A stretch of DNA of 64,000 nt from Acidobacteria bacterium Ga0077534 (lineage in GTDB: Bacteria; Acidobacteriota; Blastocatellia; Pyrinomonadales; Pyrinomonadaceae), in NCBI GenBank assembly GCA_001464455.1, contig LNEI01000018.1:411343-475342 (forward strand), written 5' to 3'. The notes under the pieces were generated by a model. That model saw nothing but the letters and a program-made list of their open reading frames with translations. It was not told where the DNA came from and searched no databases. Both the position numbers and the translations under genes were made by a program. Shown piece after piece: positions 58,601 to 64,000 of the stretch; positions within the stretch are counted from its first letter, which is position 1, and each line of letters begins with the position of its first letter.

Positions 58601-60135
58601 TGTTTTTCTTTATCTCTGATGACCGATTGAAGAGCTCGCACGTTATCGGAGCGATAAAGATACTCGTTATCGATCATGAACGGTTTGAACATTGAAAAAG
58701 CGTCCATCGTCGCCTGTGTCGACTCTTTAAAACTCTCAGTCGATTTTTTGAGATCAGAAACAATATTACCGATACGCCCACCGCCCCAACGTGGAGTTGC
58801 CCAGTCCATGAGGTTGTCGGCCCTTTTGGCCAGCTTGTTTAGCATGGGCGCGGACGCCAGCTCGTAGGTTCGCTGCTTGACTGGGATCGCCTCTACCATT
58901 CCGGCGAGTTTGTTGGTAATTTTGTTTCCGGTCTCTTTGTCTTCAAAATGCTGACGCTTGTACAGGCCCACGAGCCCGACGATGCGTTTCATGTCATTCG
59001 GATTCGAATCGCCTGACGATGCCTGAAACACCAGCGGCGGATTTGGATCGACCAGCACATTCATGGCCGCCGCCAGAATCGCCCCCGCGACCATGTCGAC
59101 TGGAATAATATCGAGGATCAGCTTCTCGTTTACCGGAATGATCGGCTGCCCGCGAAGCGCGATAAGAATGAGCGGAGCGGTCGTCGTAAAGCCTTCGTTC
59201 CAACCCGGAAACGGATACGCCTGCGAAGACTCCACGATCGACGGTCGCACGAGCGTTTTCACAATGTCGTCCTGCGACGCGATGATCTGCTCGGCCAGCG
59301 ACTTCGAATAAGTATAAATATTCGTCCAGCCCCAATACTCAGCTCGCTCGGCCCCAAGTTCGGTCGTACGCTCGCGGATCCACATTTTTCGCTCGCGAAA
59401 TATCGCAGATTTTAGTTCCGCTTCGTCGTCGGGATCACGCCCCTCTTCTACAAACCGATTCCGTGCCTGCTCGCGGAATTTCGCGTGCTGTACCGCGTCG
59501 TCAGCTTCCTGCCGTGCTTGCTCGGACAAACGAGCACAGTCCTCGACCTCGCGATTTACGTCGAATTTCGTTCCAACCAGCTCATCTTTTCGTGGGAAAT
59601 ATCCGACAACCGGCTCGTTCTCCCAGATCGGCCCTGATTTCTTCCCCGCCACGAAACACGTCGAAACGTGAACCAGTCGTGGCTTCTTCATCATGCGAGC
59701 GAGTTTGATTATGTTGTTCGAACCATTGATATTGGTCCGCAAGGCAGATTCGAGTGGCGGATTAAAGGTTACATTTCCGGCGCCATTTATAATGACGTCC
59801 GTATCACGCATAATCTTCTTCGCCTCTTTCTCATCCAGCCCCAGATACTCGTTCCCGACGTCGCCATTCACCGGCACAACTTTCGATCGAATAAAGTCCT
59901 CAAACCCATCCCCGTACTTTTCCCGCAAAGGATCAAACGTCGGACTCGTGACGATGCTCGTCCAAAACCGTATCTTCGACTCATTAGCGTCCCGAGCCCG
60001 AACCGTTGCATAAACCTTCCCGATATCCGGAAAATTATGCAGTAGCATCGACAAGGTAACCTTCCCGACAAAGCCCGTTCCGCCAATAAAGAAGACCTTC
60101 TTACCCTTAAATATTTCTGTTGGTGATAGTTTCAT
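55657..60135 (-). CDS. four-domain lipid megasynthase: fatty acyl reductase (NAD_binding_4 + FAR_C), acyl-AMP/CoA ligase, ACP, 1-acylglycerol-3-phosphate acyltransferase (ElbD-like)
   Basis: 1492 aa. FAR domain at aa 14-500: FFIGGTGFVGKV, YTYSK. AMP-binding domain at aa ~575-1110: LIFTSGTTGTPKAV, GYGLTE, TGDLG, ATRKVKR. ACP at aa ~1150-1217: LGFDSL, Ser1179. PlsC domain at aa ~1265-1400: HX4D as NHTSHID, and FPEGGR. Confidence 0.85.
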   Translation of the reverse strand: MKLSPTEIFKGKKVFFIGGTGFVGKVTLSMLLHNFPDIGKVYATVRARDANESKIRFWTSIVTSPTFDPLREKYGDGFEDFIRSKVVPVNGDVGNEYLGLDEKEAKKIMRDTDVIINGAGNVTFNPPLESALRTNINGSNNIIKLARMMKKPRLVHVSTCFVAGKKSGPIWENEPVVGYFPRKDELVGTKFDVNREVEDCARLSEQARQEADDAVQHAKFREQARNRFVEEGRDPDDEAELKSAIFRERKMWIRERTTELGAERAEYWGWTNIYTYSKSLAEQIIASQDDIVKTLVRPSIVESSQAYPFPGWNEGFTTTAPLILIALRGQPIIPVNEKLILDIIPVDMVAGAILAAAMNVLVDPNPPLVFQASSGDSNPNDMKRIVGLVGLYKRQHFEDKETGNKITNKLAGMVEAIPVKQRTYELASAPMLNKLAKRADNLMDWATPRWGGGRIGNIVSDLKKSTESFKESTQATMDAFSMFKPFMIDNEYLYRSDNVRALQSVIRDKEKHLLPWYPERLDWYDYWLNVHFPGMRKWVLPALEEELKGVEKRAYTYKDLNDLFETSVKRFPTRVAMRIEREGRKEQYTYEDVRELTYRAAGFFAKNGIATGERVILFSNNMPEWGMTYFGILKAGATAIPIDPASTVDEIIAFAKAGEASAVVISPKLAVENPELASRLSAAFQTTPSAQGGGHPSLSKEGSSAPVVWTFDEIFEMQSETEEAKRNALLPAKIPSNAVASLIFTSGTTGTPKAVMLSHKNFVNMISMLSSVLEMDITDGVLSVLPMHHTFEFSAGFLTPFSNGTQITYLNELTAEDLARTIENSHVTGLVGVPALWEMLHRRIKTRLREKGDWIADLADNVIEFNAWIRDNTPFNLGPIVFFPIHQGMGGKMRYLISGGSALSEKVQKDLHGLGFTVLEGYGLTESSPVLTVARPGNKLLRGSVGKPLPGVEVKIDAPDEKGVGEVLARGQNVMVGYFNNEAATEAVLQDRWLRTGDLGRIDDDGNLFIVGRSKDVIIDSNGKNIYPDEIEDLYSKSGFIKEMSVVGLQDQDGGEKIAALVVPDYEHDIAFTRSETNKKVEAHFREVSSGLPFFKRVKVLHVTPFELPRTATRKVKRPIVVEMIQTLEERSKSRSKTQVEAKGDDNTVWIRKVVASVSSRTLSDVAIEDKLADLGFDSLMFVELQAAIEDAGGRVLSPDTLNEVQTVRELLTVIQRIDKSKRLADEPKLEEKKEEDELYVPGIVRRVGNAVVDFAQDTLYSSVLETSIEGESNVPPHVNFIVAPNHTSHIDTGLVKRALGKDAAEQTVAVAAADYWFDTKYKRAYMNNFTTLVPIERTGSLRQSLRHVTQILNEGYNALIFPEGGRQESGQIAEFKPIIGYLALNQKIGILPIYIWGTYEAFPKGMIIPKSSSIGARVGAKVGRFLEHEELRKMTGGVPNAEAYRLIAARVQHEVENLRDGSRQMFDVEALRKQWKAERRRSRKQEPVIED
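58025..58081. repeat. palindromic element embedded in frame in the ligase domain
   Basis: CCCCTCCTT-ggat-AAGGAGGGG (58030-58051) is followed by the GC-rich palindrome CCGCCCtGGGCGG (58058-58070) and GGGGTGGTT. It encodes TTPSAQGGGHPSLSKEGSSAP (aa 686-706). Confidence 0.6.
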
Positions 60136-60158
60136 TTCAAAACGGTGTTCAAGGCGTT

Positions 60159-60941
60159 TTAGAGTCGCTCACTCATTGCGAGAGACGTTTCGGTCAGGGT
60201 TGTATTCTTGCTAAAAAAGATCATCTCTCCCGAATACCCGTGATCAGTTGGAATTGAAATCTTGTTCAGGCATCCATTGCTCTCAAGCAATTTCGCAACC
60301 CGCCCCATATCGTAAGAATACATCGGAATAAAAGGACGTTTCTCACGCTTTACCAAACTCAGCACCCGATGAGCGAATGGGATGTCGCGATAAACCCGCG
60401 AACGCAAGCGCTTAAATATCGGAGCGACGTCGGTATGCGTCAGATGTATCATACCGACACCGCCCGGTTTTAGGCTCTTAAGCATTTTTTCAATGATCCG
60501 ATAGCCGATTAGCGGCTCGACGTGCTGTAAAACAATGTAGGTATGAACCAGATCGAACTCGGCATCTTTACCCGCGACAAACTCTTGGTCCGTTCGCAGT
60601 TCGAAAGCCTCAAGACCCGCAACATCTATATTTCTTCGACACTCTTCCAGCATTCCGGCGGATATATCGACGCCGACGACAGATCCGCAACGCTCGGCTA
60701 GCGGCAGAAGCACGCGGCCAACGCCGCAGCCGTAATCGAGAGCCTTTGTGGGCTTTCCCAGGGAACCGAAAGCGCTTTCGAGTTCGGTGAATACGAGATC
60801 CACATGCTCGCGGCCGCTTTCAAAAAACTCTGCCTTCGCTTTCTCATCGAGCCCGCCGGCAAGATACTTGTCGTAGGTCGCGACGCCGAAATAAGCTTCG
60901 CGCGCAGCGATCTCCTCCCATATCTCTTTTCCGTTGGCCAT
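60159..60941 (-). CDS. class I SAM-dependent methyltransferase
   Basis: Motif I LDYGCGVGRV, then VVGVDIS..ML, with Rossmann-like spacing. It ends 23 nt upstream of the megasynthase start. Confidence 0.8.
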   Translation of the reverse strand: MANGKEIWEEIAAREAYFGVATYDKYLAGGLDEKAKAEFFESGREHVDLVFTELESAFGSLGKPTKALDYGCGVGRVLLPLAERCGSVVGVDISAGMLEECRRNIDVAGLEAFELRTDQEFVAGKDAEFDLVHTYIVLQHVEPLIGYRIIEKMLKSLKPGGVGMIHLTHTDVAPIFKRLRSRVYRDIPFAHRVLSLVKREKRPFIPMYSYDMGRVAKLLESNGCLNKISIPTDHGYSGEMIFFSKNTTLTETSLAMSERL

Positions 60942-61058
60942 TTATTAGTTATATTGCCCCCGCAAATGAACAGGCACCCACAGGATCGCGACATACCGTG
61001 TCATCGTTCAGGGTCCAGATTGCAACACTCTTTGCACAGTGGGCACTTCGTCAAAAAA

Positions 61059-62615
61059 CTATTCAGGCAGATTCATACGTTTCAACATGGCTTTGAATCG
61101 TGGCTCAGACCGCAAGTCATCAACATCCGGCAAAACGCCCAAATAGATCGCATTAAATGAGTGACTCGATACTTCTCGTTCAAGTTCGTTCAAGGCCTTC
61201 TCTTTCTCTCCGAGCCCGATGTATACAACCGCCAATGTACTCGGCCGAACATAAACTTCGCTCGCTGCCTTTTTCAGCTCGGCAAGGATCTTCACTGCTT
61301 CTTCGCGGTTACCGGATTTTCCCAGCCATAATGCCAAATACCCTTTTATGAAAAACGTGTTATTTAGTTCGAGCGCAGTGCGCGCCTCAGTTATGGCTTC
61401 CGTATACATTCCCTTTGATCCGTATGCCCAGCCCAAATAACTATGAGCTCGAGAGAAATTCGGGTCTCGAACAAGCGTGCGTTTAAATTGGGCGATCGCT
61501 TCATCGTATCTACGGGCAAATACCAACGTGGCTCCGAGATCCGTGCCGATGTCGGGCGAAAGCGGATCGAACTCCTCGGCTAGTCTTTGTTCGGCCAGTG
61601 CTTCGTCAAAACGTTTGACCACCGTGAGATTCGCAGCGAACCATTGATGAGCAGTGGCGTAATTAGGCTTGAGTTCGATGGCACGGCGAAACTCCTTTTC
61701 CGATCGATCCAAGTCATATTCAAAAAGCATTAGATAATACCCGAGAGCCGTATGGGCCTCAGCCAATGAATCATCGATCTCTAACGCACGCAAGGCAGCC
61801 GCCTTCGCCAACGGCATACTGTCATCCGCCGACGCGACATTGTTAGCTCCAAAGAGGACATAAGTTTCAGCCAAACCAGAAAAGGCAAGCGCGTAGTTCG
61901 GGTCTTTCTCGATCGCCTTTCTGTAAAATTCAGCGGAGCGTTTGAGATCGTTGCCTGTTCGTTTGTTCCAGAAGAACTTTCCCTTCAGATAAAGCTGATA
62001 AGCTTCCGCATTCTCCGTATGACGTCTGAGTACAGCCGTTTTCTCCTCCCCGAGCAGCTTCACCTTTAGGGCTTCGACCACCGCCAACGTGATCTCGTCC
62101 TGTATCTCAAAGATGTCCCGCATGTCACGGTCGTAGCGTTCCGACCAAAGGTGGAAACCGTCGGATGCGTTGATCAGCTGGACGGTTATCCGAACGCGGC
62201 TTCCCGCTTTTCGAACACTGCCTTCGAGAATCGAGCTGACATTTAGCACCCGCCCGATCTCGCCCATCGATGCGGTTTTGCCCCGAAATGAGAACGCCGC
62301 AGTACGGGCTGCTACTTTAAGATCGTCGATCTTGGCGAGTGCGTTCATCAACTCCTCCGCCAGCCCGTCGCAAAAATATTCGTTGTCCGCGTCCGAGCTC
62401 ATATTCACGAACGGGAGCACGGCGATCGAGTTCGCTTGCCCCGATTTTCCGTTCTTTGGGTTGAGCATGATAAGCGTGCCCTGGGCGTCTGACCGATCCG
62501 AAATGACCGCAGTCTCCGCGTCGAACGCGGTCTTGCTCCTTAGAGGAGTACCGTCCTCAAGACAGAAGCTCATCGTAAGATCAAATGCGCGGCCACACTT
62601 GGGGCATACCATCAT
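61059..62615 (-). CDS. zinc-ribbon / TolB-N-like (IAVLPF) / TPR protein
   Basis: N-terminal CPKCG...C zinc-ribbon-like segment. IAVLPFVNMSSDADNEYFCDGLAEELMNALAKI is the module often found C-terminal to Ser/Thr kinases or cyclases. About 7 TPR units follow. Confidence 0.7.
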   Translation of the reverse strand: MMVCPKCGRAFDLTMSFCLEDGTPLRSKTAFDAETAVISDRSDAQGTLIMLNPKNGKSGQANSIAVLPFVNMSSDADNEYFCDGLAEELMNALAKIDDLKVAARTAAFSFRGKTASMGEIGRVLNVSSILEGSVRKAGSRVRITVQLINASDGFHLWSERYDRDMRDIFEIQDEITLAVVEALKVKLLGEEKTAVLRRHTENAEAYQLYLKGKFFWNKRTGNDLKRSAEFYRKAIEKDPNYALAFSGLAETYVLFGANNVASADDSMPLAKAAALRALEIDDSLAEAHTALGYYLMLFEYDLDRSEKEFRRAIELKPNYATAHQWFAANLTVVKRFDEALAEQRLAEEFDPLSPDIGTDLGATLVFARRYDEAIAQFKRTLVRDPNFSRAHSYLGWAYGSKGMYTEAITEARTALELNNTFFIKGYLALWLGKSGNREEAVKILAELKKAASEVYVRPSTLAVVYIGLGEKEKALNELEREVSSHSFNAIYLGVLPDVDDLRSEPRFKAMLKRMNLPE

Positions 62616-62630
62616 GAGTTTCGCGTTCTC

Positions 62631-64000
62631 CTAATCTGTCACACTGCACAGGCCGATCATCGGCTGGTGCAGCATCGTTATTTCCGCGTTACGGCCCATG
62701 TAGCTGCGGGCCATCGCTATCGCGTCCGTCAGATTATCGGCTCGTTCCCAGCCGAGCATTTCGGGCACGTGAGCGTTTTCCGCACCGGCGACGATCACCT
62801 TACCGATATGCTGACGCCCATTTTCGCCCCAGTACCACATAAAGAACGGATGGGCCCCGTGATATGCATTGCCGCGACGGTACATCTCGATATACGCGGG
62901 ATTGGTCGCGAATTCGCGTTCGTACTTTTCACGGAGATAGAACGCGTCTCGCGATTCGGGCAGCAGGCGATGAAAAAATTCGATGTAGCTCGGGTGAAAA
63001 TTGTGATCAAATTCGTCAAAGCACGGATGCGTGATGATCATCACTCCGCCCGTTCGCAGCAAAGGCTTGTTGCGATACATGTTGAAGTGATACCCGAGCG
63101 CCATCACCTGTACGAGCAAAGGGTTAAGGGCCGAATAAACGTTGTACGGCGAAATATCGGGAATTCCCGAGATCAGGATGTCACACTGGCCCTTGACCGG
63201 GATCTCGTACTGCCGGTAGTTCATCTCGAGGATCTTCTCGTGAACCGGCTCGGTCGAACCTGCATAACAAGCGATCAGTTCATACTGAGCCGGGATCGCA
63301 TGAAGCATCTTTCGCCGCGCAGCTCTCGGCATTTTGGAGAATGTCCGGGCCATCGCTTCCCATTTCAGACGGTCGGCGAACGAGAATTCGTCCTCGTTCC
63401 TAGTCAGAATGTCGTAACCCTCGGGAAACATCTTATTATTCAGGGCGGTCTCGATGTGAAAGACCTTGCAGTTTTCGTCTACCAGTTTCCCAAGGCGGAT
63501 GACCTTGTGATTTAGCACGGACCGAGGCGGATCCATGTATGAGTTCGAATCGCGAATCGTCTGAGGTTCGTGATGGGCCCGCAGAGACTCGTAGTCACAC
63601 AGCCCTACAGCTACCGATTTATGCCCGCCATCCATCGGAACCAGATTGATATTGAGATAGATGAGCAGGTCGCTCTCGATCGCTCGTTTATTTACACGCA
63701 GCGGTTCGTTGTGACGCGTGTGGCCGAGAACGATCAGATTGTCGTCGTCCTCGGCGTCGTGGTTGTAATAGCGGTCAGGGTAATATTCGTCAAAGATCGT
63801 CGACCCGACCATGCGTTTCATTTCCCACGCCGTCATTTTGCGATGCAGCGAGTTCGCGATGATCAGATGCACGTCATCGACGCCGTTCGCACCGCACATA
63901 TCCAGAACGACCTCGAGCATCGTTTGCCGGAGATCCGGCGTAGCCATCGGCGGCAGCGGAAGACTAATGTCGTCCATCGCGATCGTCACCCGCATCCCAG
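62631..64000 (-). CDS. LarA-like (lactate racemase N-terminal domain, DUF2088) protein; 5' end beyond the right edge
   Basis: The frame stays open to base 64000. [13 protein letters not shown]...[14 protein letters not shown] aligns in my memory with LarA IVIISSDHTRPVP...ILVATGFHRPST. About 75 N-terminal residues are expected to be missing. Confidence 0.6.
   Translation of the reverse strand, partial: GMRVTIAMDDISLPLPPMATPDLRQTMLEVVLDMCGANGVDDVHLIIANSLHRKMTAWEMKRMVGSTIFDEYYPDRYYNHDAEDDDNLIVLGHTRHNEPLRVNKRAIESDLLIYLNINLVPMDGGHKSVAVGLCDYESLRAHHEPQTIRDSNSYMDPPRSVLNHKVIRLGKLVDENCKVFHIETALNNKMFPEGYDILTRNEDEFSFADRLKWEAMARTFSKMPRAARRKMLHAIPAQYELIACYAGSTEPVHEKILEMNYRQYEIPVKGQCDILISGIPDISPYNVYSALNPLLVQVMALGYHFNMYRNKPLLRTGGVMIITHPCFDEFDHNFHPSYIEFFHRLLPESRDAFYLREKYEREFATNPAYIEMYRRGNAYHGAHPFFMWYWGENGRQHIGKVIVAGAENAHVPEMLGWERADNLTDAIAMARSYMGRNAEITMLHQPMIGLCSVTD

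Overview
64-kb chromosomal window with about 45 protein genes and one tRNA-Arg(CCT). I found no rRNA, CRISPR array, transposase, integrase or phage genes. All product names come from reading motifs by eye; no database search was run.

Gene content suggests an Acidobacteriota-like soil bacterium (inference). The clues are CarboxypepD_reg, Calx-beta and PT-linker surface proteins, an IAVLPF-TPR protein, a DUF1559-style prepilin leader, and an ElbD-like lipid megasynthase.

Most genes are housekeeping:
- ispH, apt, acyP, a hemQ-like gene, thiD, thiE, mutM, a yitJ-like metF fusion and qor
- yvcK-glmU-glmS and secA
- peptidases of families M19, S9 and M16, glycosidases GH28 and GH47, and a PAS-GGDEF-EAL signalling protein

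Observations worth a second look:
1. A Ski2/HelY-type helicase is cut in two. The halves lie on opposite strands at 500..1795 and 30048..30935. Re-inverting 446..30050 rejoins them in frame.
2. A ~1-kb ORF-free island of at least 17 stem-loops in three families lies next to the tRNA. It has a ~522-nt internal periodicity and is bracketed by GTCTCA/TGAGAC modules.
3. The yvcK(glmR)-glmU-glmS operon has a PIN toxin-antitoxin pair wedged between glmU and glmS. A 23-bp stem bridges the yvcK stop and the glmU start.
4. A 1451-aa secreted protein carries both a dockerin and a cohesin module.
5. An operon encodes a LarA-like protein, a zinc-ribbon/TPR protein, a SAM methyltransferase and a 1492-aa FAR/acyl-AMP ligase/ACP/PlsC fusion. 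The fusion is ElbD-like, which suggests ether lipid or fatty alcohol chemistry. Its ligase domain contains an in-frame palindromic insertion.
6. A 40-aa prepilin stub ORF has a strong RBS and its own terminator.
7. A secreted protein with a 17-aa tandem repeat is translationally coupled to an APC permease.
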